A DNA stretch of 64,000 nt from Nemertoderma westbladi (lineage: Eukaryota; Animalia; Xenacoelomorpha), in contig JAUCBJ010006610.1 of NCBI GenBank assembly GCA_032718475.1, positions 1 to 64,000 on the forward strand. The letters are read 5' to 3'. Below, piece by piece: positions 47,801 to 59,520 of this stretch; position 1 is the first letter of the stretch, and every line of letters starts with the position of its first letter. The notes beneath the pieces are model-generated. The model saw nothing but the letters and a program-made list of their open reading frames with translations. It was not told the DNA's origin and did not search any database. Made by a program: the position numbers and the translations under genes.

Positions 47801-49022
47801 CGAAAGATCGATATGTAGCTCGTACGATCTTGAATGGTTCCATATCCAAACTGCCCTTGTAAGCGCAGCCAACTCCACCACCTGATGTCCATGTTCTGGG
47901 TTCGTGTGCGAATTTAAATCCAGCAGGGCACGTTTCCTCCACGACAGAGTCATCCTCATCCTTGCCTGTCAGCCATGTCTCCGTAAGAGCAAGTATGTCA
48001 ATATTCAAGTCGACTATATAATCCTTAATTATTGCAGCCTTATTATTTATCGATCGCGCATTGAATAGTCCAATGCAAAACTTCTGTTTGCTTCCCGCAA
48101 CCCTCGGAGCTGGAGGAGACTGGCCCGCAACCCTCAGACCCAGAGGAGACCGACCCGCAACCCTCGGAGCTGGAGGAAACCGACCCGCAACCCCCAGAGC
48201 CGGAGGAGACCAACCCGCAACCCCCGGAGCCGGAGGAGACCGACCCGCAACCCCCGGAGCCGGAGGAGACCAACCCGCAACACCCAGACCCGGAGGAGAC
48301 CAACCCGCAACCCTCGGAGCCGGAGGAGACCGGCCCACAACCCCCAGACCCGGAGGAGACCGACCCGCAACCCTTGGAGCCAGAGGAGTCCGACCCGCAA
48401 CCCTCAGACCCGGAGGAGACCGACCCGCAACCCTCAGATCTGGAGGAGACCGGCCCGCAACCTTCGGAGCCGGAGGAGACCGGCCCGCAACCCTCAGACC
48501 CGGAGGAGACCGACCAGCAACCCTCGGAGCTGGAGGAGACCGACCCGCAACACCCGGAGCTAGAGGAGACCAACCCGCAACCCCAGGAGCCGGAGGAGAC
48601 TGACCCGCAACACCCAGACCCGGAGGAGACCAACCCGCAACCCTCGGAGCCGGAGGAGACCGGCCCGCAACCCCCAGACCCGGAGGAGACCGACCCGCAA
48701 CCCTTGGAGCCAGAGGAGTCCGACCCACAACCTTCAGACCCGGAGGAGACCGACCCGCAACCCTCGGAACTGGAGGAGACCGGCCCACAACCCTCGGAGC
48801 CAGAGGAAACCGACCCGCAACCCTCAGACCCGGAGGAGACCGACCCGCAACCCTCGGAGCTGGAGGAGACCGACCCGCAACCCTCAGAGCTGGAGGAGAC
48901 AGACCCGCAACCCCCGGAGCTAGAGGAGACCGGCCCGCAACCCTCGGAACCGGAGGAGACCGACCCGCAACCCTCGGAGTTTGAATAAGATTGGAGCACG
49001 TCGGTTCAGGGCATTTAGGCAA
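44832..49022 (-). CDS. L2 ORF2 (APE endonuclease and RT), 1396 aa with two repeat expansions
   Basis: EN motifs FNARS, LTETWL, GGGV, MGDFN, TLDLV, ISDH. RT motifs QSAYR..HGTETAL, DLSAAFDTV, GLPQGSVLGP, YADDTQ. L2 C-terminus QNSAAR..HITP.L..LHWLP. Confidence 0.93.
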   Translation of the reverse strand: MPKCPEPTCSNLIQTPRVAGRSPPVPRVAGRSPLAPGVAGLSPPALRVAGRSPPAPRVAGRSPPGLRVAGRFPLAPRVVGRSPPVPRVAGRSPPGLKVVGRTPLAPRVAGRSPPGLGVAGRSPPAPRVAGWSPPGLGVAGQSPPAPGVAGWSPLAPGVAGRSPPAPRVAGRSPPGLRVAGRSPPAPKVAGRSPPDLRVAGRSPPGLRVAGRTPLAPRVAGRSPPGLGVVGRSPPAPRVAGWSPPGLGVAGWSPPAPGVAGRSPPAPGVAGWSPPALGVAGRFPPAPRVAGRSPLGLRVAGQSPPAPRVAGSKQKFCIGLFNARSINNKAAIIKDYIVDLNIDILALTETWLTGKDEDDSVVEETCPAGFKFAHEPRTWTSGGGVGCAYKGSLDMEPFKIVRATYRSFEYIELTLTHLGAYFRLLILYRTYPSTVNKLNTSMFLEEFSDLLQQLMVATGKLIIMGDFNFWVDDSTNKESASFLDVVNCFGMEQLLHEATHRKGHTLDLVLMHKDDIDIIKDIRVCDIGISDHYLICFDISLPKPIAVKKIISHRKLSRINMGNLISDIETSALCVNPLPHDVDQLVELYDKTLLSLLDRHAPLVTKTVIERPMAPWYTESIANEKRTRRRLERKYRTTKLHVDLLEYRNQCYKVAAAISTAKEQYYSGIIKNNSEDLKTLFKVVNKVLHRGNKVILPRHNSELELANRFVNYFDNKIKSIRDGLNHNGTSSGTPSGTPPTPSGTPPSPSGVLPAPSGVPPPTPCGSPPRPSGTPPTPSGTPPSPSGVLPAPSGVPTPTPCGSPPRPSGTPPAPSGTPQGPSGTPPTSSRAPLAPTRVPPAPSGAPSGTPPAPSGKPSGVPPAPSGTPPAPVLHKFCDVTSDGVEKLISDSKSKSSPRDPIPTSILKMSLKPLLMVITLIINLSLRTGTVASRFKEAILTPILKKLRLDPEILNHFRPVSNLLYISKLTEKVVVEQLKHHMNLNGLHEPYQSAYRPLHGTETALLSVADTVLRGIDDGSVCLFITLDLSAAFDTVEHSKLLQILKHDIGIDGVALKWFVSYLSERSQQVRIGNTYSIAKHLRYGLPQGSVLGPILFTVYTRSLSAVIKRHGLHCHFYADDTQLYLIFKPIELNSAVKVTESCLVDVLEWMDKNYLKMNSDKTKVLLLQSRFGIQQDPPVLTIGSDIISCSPNVRNIGFELDSQLTMCKQIGITVREAFFHLRNLSKIKRYVNKQNMEILIHALVTSKLDANNSLYYGLPKKSIQKLQYVQNSAARLLCGVKKRDHITPTLKALHWLPIVRRIDFKIALLTWKCVNNCAPKYLSDLLTPYLPIREMRSSGLGLLVAPRYNTEHYGRRSFSIAAPTVWNALPPAIRESSNVGIFKKRLKTHLYNLEYHVN
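46420..46842 (-). repeat. GC-rich coding repeat of about 21 bp (PSGTPPA) in the EN-RT linker
   Basis: Repeated GGGAGGCGTCCCGGATGGCGT units with a higher-order duplication of about 108 bp. Confidence 0.9.
48092..48980 (-). repeat. 30-bp coding tandem repeat (RVAGRSPPAP), about 29 units
   Basis: The plus-strand unit CGACCCGCAACCCTCGGAGCCGGAGGAGAC keeps an exact 30-bp period. Confidence 0.95.
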
Positions 49023-49057
49023 TAGTCAGTCCACCCGCCTTGACTCATCAATTACAA

Positions 49058-50353
49058 TTAAAGTTTTTCAGGCAACCCTTGGATCTCGTTCTGAGTGTTG
49101 GCACTTGTCGACTGACGTTGACGGGTGCCACGCGTGTTGGGGCGGTTGACAGTCACCGAGTCTACTACAGCACCGTTGTGGATAATCCAGTCTATATTCG
49201 GATCCGCTGCAGCCATGGCGCGTCGTTCCTGCCGGAGAGAATATTGAAGTTTGCTTTCCGCTGGTGTGTAGTCGGGCGATATGTATATATCTCTGTAACG
49301 TGACGACTTGCGGAGATTGCGAGCCCTCTTCAACAATATCTCGCGCTTTTCTTTCGAAAGAGTGACAATGATTGGATGTGAATTTTGATTGTCTCGCAGC
49401 TGCCCGACTCGTTTAGTTTTAATCTCTGATTCATCTAGTTCGACTCCCAGTTCGTCAGCTATATCTAACACTACTTGTTTGTCGTTTGTGCTTGGCTTGG
49501 AACCTTTAAGAACGATGTTAGTTTTTCGTCTGCTCTGTTCCGCCTCTTCATTTTTTATTTGTTTAGAGAGAAGAGCTAGATTTGGCGAAATTGAAGCGAT
49601 GTCATTTCGTTTGTTACGACGTTGTGGCTTAACCTTCTGCCAATCACCGTCCGCAACGACGTCCGACCATATTTGGGGCGATTCTTCATCTGCTGAGCTG
49701 CTTTTCATTGTTTCTAGTTTGTATTCAGTGTCACTGATTTTTACTTCATTCGCAGTACAGGAGAGTTCGAGTTGCTCGACTTTTTGTTCCAGCGATAGTA
49801 TCTCGCCAGCAGTCGTTTTCTCTAGGCGTGATAGCTTGTCTTCAAGTTTCGTTTCTATATCGTGTAGTTCCTTGGTGAACCTGGTAAAGTGGCGTGCCGC
49901 GCAACTTCCACAGTAGAAATCTAAGCGGCCCCATTGTGTTCCCGATTTAGCGATACATATAACCGATACGGTACAGTTCGAGCCCGAGCAACCAACTTCG
50001 AACTCTTTCCGACCGTCGGTGTGGGTATTTCCGGTACTCGAATCACCCGAGTTCTGTTTTCCTCCCGAGACGCTCAGCCGTGAGGTTCCACCTCTTGAAC
50101 CGGAACCCGAACCCGACATACCACTACCGCGTCTGGATTTATCCGGTAAAGCATCCGGTAATGAATTATTACGGTTTGAAGTCATCCTGGCAGCTTTGCA
50201 GACTGGCTGTGTGCTGGTAGGGATAACTTCCGACTTCAGTGCACGCCGGTTCGTTCTACGCGTGATCTTTCTTTCTGTCTTTGGGAGACGATTAGTTGGC
50301 GGAGGGGGCAATGGCTTGAAGGGCAACCCGGCGTAAGACCGGCGCCAACTCAA
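49058..50353 (-). CDS. L2 ORF1 (Cys cluster, coiled coil, RRM-like domain)
   Basis: C..C..C..FYCGSC, coiled coil, RRKTNIVLKG, RVG..PIIVTL and IYISPDYT. The first ATG is at 50185. Confidence 0.85.
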   Translation of the reverse strand: MSWRRSYAGLPFKPLPPPPTNRLPKTERKITRRTNRRALKSEVIPTSTQPVCKAARMTSNRNNSLPDALPDKSRRGSGMSGSGSGSRGGTSRLSVSGGKQNSGDSSTGNTHTDGRKEFEVGCSGSNCTVSVICIAKSGTQWGRLDFYCGSCAARHFTRFTKELHDIETKLEDKLSRLEKTTAGEILSLEQKVEQLELSCTANEVKISDTEYKLETMKSSSADEESPQIWSDVVADGDWQKVKPQRRNKRNDIASISPNLALLSKQIKNEEAEQSRRKTNIVLKGSKPSTNDKQVVLDIADELGVELDESEIKTKRVGQLRDNQNSHPIIVTLSKEKREILLKRARNLRKSSRYRDIYISPDYTPAESKLQYSLRQERRAMAAADPNIDWIIHNGAVVDSVTVNRPNTRGTRQRQSTSANTQNEIQGLPEKL

Positions 50354-51559
50354 TGTACGCGTGTACAGTACGGTTAAAATTAAAAGGTAGGCCTATTCAG
50401 CAGTCAGCTATTGCTATTGCAGTATTGGATACGTGTCAATGTCATTGTGCGGCACGAAAATTACAAGTAGCACAAATTTGATAATAAAAAATCATTACCT
50501 AATCAACCTGATTTTATGCCATTATGGGTATTCTGAGATGCTGATCACGAATATGACACACATAAATATCGTTTTATCCAACCAAATTTGATTTTTGCAG
50601 TTTGAAATTTTATGCTACATGTATTTTTAGTCCCACCAGGGACTTTTACTTGTACTTTTCATCCTGGAGGCCTAAATAGCACCAAAAATGATTGATGTAT
50701 TGCCAGAAAATATTTTTAACAAGTTTTATCGTGATCAGCGTCCTCGACATTGTAATTTTTGAGCCAAGATCTAAAAAAAGAAAAAAAAGATAAAAAAGGC
50801 AAGCCCCCCCCCCCCCCCCCCCCCCACGGGCCAATTAAGTATTGTAGTAATATAGCCCGGGCCAGATAGCAGATAGTGTTAAACGTACAGGTAACTCAGG
50901 ATTGGTAGTAACTGAATAGGAATCTCTTAATTTTCGCATCAAACACATAGTAGAGTAGAGTAAAATAAAGTATCAGTTCCTCAAATCATTAAACGACACT
51001 ATATTCCAGGATAGTTAATAAGAATTCCCCTAAATAATATCAGTTCCTCATTATATTGAAGTCGTAATATTAATTTATCTCAGTTATTATATAACCTTTG
51101 ACTATTAAATCCAAGAGGCAGTTAGAAGCGAACACTGTTAAAGTGACCACGCATATTGTCTATAACTTGAGATCCTTCGAAAGGGCCGATATGTCCTCGG
51201 GGGATTCAGATAGGATTCCCGCTGGTTTAGGCATGATAATAACACTAGCGTTATGGATATTAAAGAATAACCCCCCCCCCCCCCACCCCAAGAGTCCAGC
51301 AGTCTCTACATCAGATAAAGAACTTATTTTACTCTCCTTTATGAATTTCAAAATTTGAGGCATTTAGCACACTAAAGTCGGAACAGATTCCGGGTTTACT
51401 GAATATATCGCCTATCGAAATATAGAAATATAAGTTAGTGGAAGCGGAAGGCCCTGGTGTCATCTGTTCTGTGTTGAAAAGCCCTGACTAGTCGAACTAA
51501 GTGCCACTTTGTAGACCGAGCGCGTGGGCGGCATCTGTAGGCCTACACATCTACAGTGC

Positions 51560-52940
51560 CATGAGGATCCTGAGAAGTATTTCCTGTTGATGAAAAATCC
51601 GCAGATGCGCTTAAAGGATTCCTTATCCAGCATGATGTTTGATGGACTCAAACATGTTGGAGGGAGATTAACTAATGCACCACTTTCCTTTGATACTAAG
51701 TTCCCCATCATCATTAGAAATCTTGAAATACAAATCAAGATGATTGTATATATCCATAGTAATCTTTATCATGCTGGTAGGGAACGAGTTCTTAGCGAAG
51801 TCAGAACGTGCTATTATTTTTATAAGCCGCATAAAGCACTAAATCAAGTTCTTAGGAACTGCACACCATGTAGGAAAGCATTTAGTAGGCCTTTAACCCA
51901 GCGAGAGGCAGAATTACCTACAGTAGGGAAAGAGTAAGCTGTTATGAACCACCCCTAACTAATACTGGTGTGGATTTATTTAGCCCTATTTAGGTATGTC
52001 GTACTAGAACTATAGTCAAGCGATGGTGCGTCATTTTTGTTTGTATGACTTGTAGAGCGATTCATCTGGACATGGTGAACGATTTGTCTACTAATAGTTT
52101 CATACTCAGTCTATGCCAACAAATCGCTCGCTTTCGGACTAGCAATACCATGCAATCGGATAAAGGCACCAACTTTATCAGAGCCAACAACGAGATAAAG
52201 GCTTACGTCAACGACTGGAACCAGCAACAGGTAGATGATCAGCTGAGAGTGACAGCATCCAGCTGGACTTTCAATGCCGCTGATGCTCCATGGTGGGGAG
52301 GAAGTTGGGAGAGACTTATACGCAGTGTCAAGACCGCATTCCACTTTGTCGTGCCATGCCGCGCGTATCTCACTGATGAACTCCTACGAACTCTAATGGT
52401 GGAAATTGCCGCCTACCTGAACGAGTGACTGCTCATGCCAGTCTCTTCCAGTCCCGATTCCCTAGAAGCGCTAACACCCGTGCACATTCTACTGAAGAAG
52501 CCGGTGGCCATGCTTCCCACTTCGGATATAAACGACGGAGACGAGTATTGTAAACAAACTTGGCAGCTCATGCAATTGTTATCCCGCCGTTTCGCTGACC
52601 ATTTCGAGAAGTATAATCTCCCGATGCTGCAGCTTAGAACTAAGTGGTTCGCGCAGCAGTCAGTACCGGAGACATGGTTTTAATAGTTGATTCGGATCTA
52701 CCTCACAAGAGGTAGCAGATAGGTCGTATCATCGAGACCCATATATCCGACGACGGTTTAGTGCGATCGGTAGAACTCATTGTAAAGAGACAAAACCATA
52801 AGAAGAAAGGAATCATCTTCGAGACACAACAACTGAACCGCCCCGTTGGTCGTCTATGTCTAATAGAACGAGACAGGGAGTTGTCTGGAAATTACGGTAA
52901 ACAGGAAACACTCCCGACGACCACCTCCCAGATTAAATGA
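51560..52940 (+). pseudogene. BEL/Pao integrase relic (second family)
   Basis: VGGRL..PII, H..HAG..CTPC, TGVDLF, TCRAIHLD, SDKGTNFI, PWWGGSWERLIRSVK, LTPVHIL, DDGLVRSV, RPVGRLCLI. Many stops and frameshifts. Confidence 0.9.
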
Positions 52941-54146
52941 ACATCTAGAGACTAACTGACTCTTAGTTAGGCGAGTGGGCGCAGGACCATTATTTATAGG
53001 TATATTTTGTCTTTATGTACGTTTTACTATGTAATTTTATATTATTATTATCGTTTTATTTAATTATAGTTAGTAGAATAACCCTGTAAATAATAATAGT
53101 TTAATTTATTAGTTTGTAATATATTTAGACAACGACGGGAAATAAATTCTTTTATCCCTTACTTACTGTCCGTATATTATTCTAAATGCGTGATTACAGT
53201 GAGATGTCGTACTTGTTAAAGTACAATACACCCGCCCCTACTGTACCTTAGGTATTATTGGTAAACGTAGAGTATTAGGAATGCAAAGTTCAGATCCTCG
53301 TGTCTCGGCTAAACGAAGCTTTGGGTAGTCCTTGGAAACGACTTGCCTCTTCTCACTGACATTGTTTATTGCAATATTACTCTCATACCGTAGTCCTAAA
53401 ATAATACGTATAGTAGATGATGTCCATTTAACAGTAAAACTATCACAGTAAATCTGTTAAACCCTTTGATTATCTGAAATTCTAGTCGATTAATATCGTG
53501 GCACCCACCGATATACTTAAAATACAAATTTTCTAGAATCAGTGGTTAACGTCCCCAGACAAGTTCTGGAATAAATTGATGCCCATCCTAACATAAATTT
53601 ATAAAAGTTACGGGAATAAAATTAAATTCATAATTCATTATGAATTAAATAAAATCATCAATTTTAGACAATTATTATAATATTCCCTAAAATTAATCAA
53701 TTAATAGATCATGAGAGCGGAGATTCACCCATTATAACAAGTGTGAGAGAATCCCCTTGTATGCATGGAATAGCTGGCAAAATTAATAAACATCACATAT
53801 AAGGGAGTAAAAATAACCTTTGAGCCACTATTAAATATAATTCCAGATCTGTATGCATGAGAAATACTCTAATCTCCATTGCTAGCTTTGCATAATGTCA
53901 CCATAGCAACGCCCATGCTAGATAGTCCATAGTTAGAGAACAATAGAAAGCCTTCCACGTTAAATAGAATACATAGTGTATAATATCCAAGGATACACAA
54001 CAACAACGTGACATTCTGGAAGGCATTTGACTAACGGACAAATGGACCCAAATTGTGCGAATTGTGGTATGAATGTAGAATGTGTGCATTTAAAGGTGAA
54101 TGTTACTACTAAAGTGTGTTTACAGTAGCAAACCGCAAAGGCAGCG

Positions 54147-57100
54147 ATGCTCGCTAGCCTTATATTAGCGCCGATAAACTCCCATACAATGACTGAACTG
54201 ATAGAAGAAGACCTTGGTATTAAGGAGAGATATACACAACCTCTACAAGCGTTTCTCGATAGTTTGTTGAGTGGTGATGCTAGTCAATCTACGACTGCAG
54301 ACAATGGATAATACATCGAACCACCGATGACCGAGGAACAACTTAAGCGAGAACTCGATTATAGAAAATTCATCTCACGCTATACGCATCGCGATGGTAC
54401 GTATATGGATTTCTTAACTACTGGTCATCCTATCGATTTACATGATACTGATGCTATGGATATGGAGACAGGGATGGTTCTATTTAAGTTTCACACACAA
54501 TGGAGTCGAAATGACAAACAACGTATCGAACATGAAAACTCTATTAGAAATCGTTTCGAAAGAGAAGATGTGGAAGAACCCGATAAACGCACTAACTTTT
54601 ACGAATATATGGAGTTCCTGTGAGAGACTTATCTCAATATCGCTAGTCAATAGAACTTGGAAACTCGATATCCTCAAGGTATAGATCCTGACCCCATGAT
54701 CGAACTCAAATGATTATATTTTACGATGATGTACCTTACAGCGAATCAACTGCTACCTGTTCTGCTGGACAGCTTCAAACAGATGGAAGAATACTGTAAA
54801 ACGGGAGAAAGGTTACCAGCATTTCCTCTACAAGATGTGCGTCTTTGGTATTATTGTGACTAATGCCCAACGCCATAAACATCCGCGGAGACGTTGCGAT
54901 AAACATAGTTTTACTTACAGGACTTACGGGAGTTTTGAGCGAAACCTATTTGACATCCCTCCCATGCTTGCTCGAGTCAAACGCTCCTTAAGTAAACCCA
55001 TGATCAGAGTTCCGGAATACTCGGTCAGGCCTCCCCACCCCTCAGTGCGACCACAAACTCTCGATCCTAAAAGTATAACCGACCCTCCTGAGTTATACTC
55101 ACTGTTCAAAGATCTAGTTCTACCCGAACAGTTAATCGGTGGCATTTCAGCTGTCGGTTCCATGGATATCTGTCCAACATACCCAGCCGGATTGGGACGA
55201 GGAGACTTGATCTCCCCGTTCAACCCCTATAATCGGCCTGGGTTAGCTCCTATCCAACCTGTTACAGAAGTGGAAGAAAGCATAGTAAAGAACGTGCTTG
55301 AAGCGATTCGCCAAAAGGTCAGAAAAGGAACTTACAATGTCTTAGACAAACGCAAGTTGCATCAGCAGGTGCAGGCTGTGAAAGAATTGCCATTACCTTA
55401 ATTCGATCGAGAGATTGAAGAGCTAGAGAGAGATATTGAACTCGGACATACATATTCTCTACAAGAATGCTTGGGTGATAGGTTTCGTAGACAAGAAAGA
55501 AAGAGGAGAAACAGATTGAAATGAATGAAAGAGAGGAAGCCGCTTTAGTGCAACCTGAAGCGCAAGTACTCATGATAGACCTCTACTTGAAAACTATCCT
55601 ACATCCCTCAATGGTTCCCCAGTTTGGCGATCAACTCTTTGCCACTATGCAACCTCAACCAGTCAAAACTGATTTGAGATCTCGCGAGCTTATCGCTGAT
55701 GCCCACAGGTTACAGCATTCCCTAATTGAAACCACTCGAGTAGACGGTATACTGATAGAACCTCCAGAAAATCAAACCGACCTTATCGGGCGTATGGTGC
55801 AAGAGGTTACTATGTGAGTGAGACCCTTGCAAAACTCATTCTACGGGATCAAAGACCACCCATATTTCGTCCATCTGGCTCAATATTATATGGTGAAACC
55901 CGAAGATCCTACACACAGCTTAAGATTTCTGCCCCTGATAAATCCTTTCGATGTTGTTGAATTAGAACAGCTTCAAAAACATCTAGACCAGTTGGTTAAG
56001 TCGAACTCCTTTCGAAAACCCTATAATGTTGCAAGAATTGAAAGGGAAGTTCTCCCTCATTACAACCTTGATGGATTCATCAAAACTCAATTAGTCCATT
56101 GGAATTTGGATGTGTTGTTCGAAGAAGAATGCATACAACACTATGGGAAAGAAGATATGCATACTACGCACTATTTAAAATATTGCGACCTCCCTAATGC
56201 GAGTGATAGAGCGACATTGTGGCACCCTGTAGATATGACTTTGGAAAAGGCCACTACCCCATAGAATGAAACTCGAAATATTATCTAAATGTATGGTGTA
56301 ATGTATGGCAAACTAATGTCGGAACTACGAGATTAATCCACATTCGGGGATTAGCCGGTTCTATACACGTCTTTACTCGTGCTTGCTCTGATGCCATCGA
56401 TTACTCTTTTGAGACCCTCACAGAGACCCAAAAGAGACTTAAACATGAGCAATTGGAACTCGCATGGCGTTAAGTCCTGAATACTGAGTGGAAACCAGCT
56501 ATGGGAATAGATGGATTCATGCTTCCGCAACCTGTACTCGAGATGTTATTCGACGATAAAATAATTAAAGTCGGTTCTGTGATCTATGGAGATCTTCAGA
56601 AGGATTTTAGGAATATGAATAATATTCCATATCCGTTCATCGATACCCAGCTAATAGCGCCTTGGGCAGAAGGCAGAGGATTTTTCCAAACCACTTACGC
56701 CACTACACCTAGTGGGATCAACAAAGTTCAAAGAACTTCTATCGGACATTTGGCGTATCAAGAGTATGGATGGAATTATAAGGTTGGGAATCAGCTCAAC
56801 TATCAGCAAGTTTATGGCGACCATTATTCTCGCTTATATTTCGATGGACCATTGACGGCACCAGGAGAAGTTTATAGTTTTATGAGTGTGCTCCTCCGTG
56901 CTTCCTTAGCCATTTATACTATATTCGAAAATACAGCACTTTCCAGATAGTTAGCCGATGTGTGCAGCCGAACTATACGTTCACACCCCTTAATCCTGGG
57001 AACCAAATGCACGAAATTAGTTGAACATAACAAATTTATCCGATTTGAATGTTTCAGGCACTTTCTGACTCTGTTTCGGAACATTGATAGTCAGTTTAAA

Positions 57101-58480
57101 GACTGCACACTGACCAAACTCAGCCTGCGAGATTCCGCTGCTGAGAAATTAGATAGTGCCGGATCCGCTATCTGCAAAGATGTATGCATACAGAATATGC
57201 ATTCTACTGTTCTACAGAGACCTAAACTCCTGTCGGGATATTCGGTTATGGAAATACAAACTGTAGAAACCATATCAAGAATGACTATACCTGTAGAAAT
57301 TCTTCCGACTGACGAGGAACCAACCTGTATGGTTGAATGTAATGGTTGATGGTGGCTGAACCAACCAATCCAGCCCACAGTCCCTCGTAGTAGTGATGAT
57401 GATCACACGCTGGAATGGTATCAAGGCACACAATGTCTCACTGCCTATGACTACTGACACGCCAGCTACGTGTCTAGGAAACTCTGCCGTTTATGCGCCT
57501 CTCGTGATCACACTACTCCGTTGACCTCTGATGAACTCTGTTCCTACTTTAAAGATGGAGATATATTGTGCTTATTATCGAGTCAATGATAAGCATATCT
57601 TCGCAGTCTGTCCACAGTTCATGACATAATGTCATCACTGTCAGTTAAAGGGACACGCTAGTTGGGATTGCCCTTTTAGCCCCAACATGGAAAGCGTAGA
57701 TGAGTTGATTGTATTGCGATACATATGAGCATGGGAAGCTAGCGCAGACCTTCACTGCGATTTGCACCACTGCTACTATCCCGGACGCACCTATGAGGGA
57801 GTGTACGCGTTTCACCCTTACCTATTTCCCCAAACCAAACAGAAAACTCATATTCCCAGTTATGAACTACTCAAACGTGTTGGTGAGTCCATTTTCACCA
57901 AATATATGAGGAAATATTTGAGAAATATCATCCCGAACAACCTGAACTCATATAATATACTTGGTTGTATCGGCCGGCCGAGACCTGGAGTACGGTAAGA
58001 CATTTCTAAATACACATCCCGAGTTGCAGGAGGTCCACCAACACCCTTATGAATATAAGACGAGGGAATGGGAATTAGTAAGAACTGTAAAACCCCGTAA
58101 ATACCTCACGACCCATGGCCTACCAATGGCAGTCGTATAAATGACTAAAGCAGGACCAGTCCAAGCTGCATTCCTAAGACAAGCGTTAAAGATCGTGCAA
58201 CCTCAATCCATTTGATCCTCTGGTAGACGTGTCGATACCAGAACAACTTCTCAGGAGAGAAGCATATCTTCTATGGATATCAATCAACCAGGTACCTCGA
58301 CCGGCGGATACACCTATCGTAACCCCAACCCTTCTGATGCAATTATATTGTACCCTTCCCCAAGAAGTTATAGCCCTCCGAGTAAAGTGGCTCGTAGCAT
58401 TGGGAAGAATACAACCACAGCCCAAAGGTTCAAGAAACTCCATAAACGTCATTCTAGAAAGAAAGATTGATTGTTTAGAG
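54147..58480 (+). pseudogene. Decayed accessory ORF of the second BEL/Pao element, homologous to 31066-33666
   Basis: Chain of plus-strand ORF fragments. 56501-56830 reads LPQPVLEMLFDDKIIKVGSVIYGDLQKDF..FIDTQLIAPW..SIGHLA..GWNYK. 57485-57675 reads CRLC..H..C / YCAYY..H..VCP..CHHCQLKGHASWDC. It is followed by a PPT-like GGGAGCGG and TGTTAAG at 58551. Confidence 0.72.
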
Positions 58481-59520
58481 TAGTTATTATATTAAGAAAT
58501 TGTCACTCTATGGATATTTTATAGACTTAAGTCCCATTTTCTGGGAGCGGTGTTAAGCTTTTGCGGAGAAAATGTCCCGTTTTATACAATGTGCTGGTTA
58601 CTCTAAACCCTTGAAAAACTCTCAAGAACTTTTTATTTTATGAACTAATATAAACTCACTCCCTCCAGCTTTTATTCTAAGTACAACACTTTCCCATACA
58701 TTCCCACAGAAACTCTGATGCACAGATTACGAATTCACCAGTCATTGGGAGACAGGGGGGGGGGGGGGGGGGGGAACTCGACGCAAAACCCGCCTTGGTG
58801 AATTAATATACCGCCTCAATATAAAATTATCCATTTAGGGAAAGGAGCAGGTTACAGTGGCACATTATTTTAACCAAAACAATAATAACAGGTTACAGTT
58901 TTATTTTTGAGAGTAATCAGTGGTTATGAATGAGGGATGAATTTTTATTGCGTCCAGTTTCCTCCCCTATCTGGTCATTGGATACTACTCCCTTTGTTTA
59001 CATTCTTCTTTGTTAGTCACCGTCCAATCAGTATACTTTCCCTTCTATGTCACCCCATAGCCTAAATTGCTGGATCCAATAGTTACAGGTTGATGGCATG
59101 GTAACTGGTCCCTGATTGGGAGTTCTTGCATATTTCATATGTTCTTTGGCGTTCGATGTGATTCATGCTTGTGGACTACTTGAGGCAAGAATATTCTTAC
59201 AGCACTTCAGTGTCAATGTTTATTCATTTTCTGACTTTGTCCAAAAGACCATGAGGCTAGAGTGTCAGGGAATTACACAGAACAGTAAATAAACAGGCAC
59301 ATCCATTCCTGACTTTCTGACATCTGACTGATGATTAAATGCCGCACACCACGTAATTTATATTGTTTATATTGTTATAATACTGCAATTTGTTACATAT
59401 TGATTAATGTTAATGGTTGGAGAATACTTATGAATAACCAGTAGATCTCTTGGTTTTCATGATCATTGAGGTAAGCAGAGGGGTTTACTATTCACAATTG
59501 CATAGTTCAAATAGCAGTGG

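Larger units (their letters stand above)
44258..50400 (-). mobile_element. Full-length L2-clade LINE, both ORFs open
   Basis: ORF1, ORF2 and a 3' UTR ending in an L2-type stem-loop (AGCGCCTTAG..GGCGCTATATAAAT) and a (TAT)n tail. The 5' end is approximate. Confidence 0.9.

Noticed and set aside
48092-48980. CRISPR-like array, or genes from plus-strand ORFs over the 30-bp repeat
   Set aside because: Units are contiguous with no unique spacers, the context is eukaryotic, and the extra ORFs are by-products of a stop-poor repeat.
50877-51400. 5' LTR of the second BEL element
   Set aside because: It starts TGTTAA but shows no further similarity to the candidate 3' LTR at 58551.
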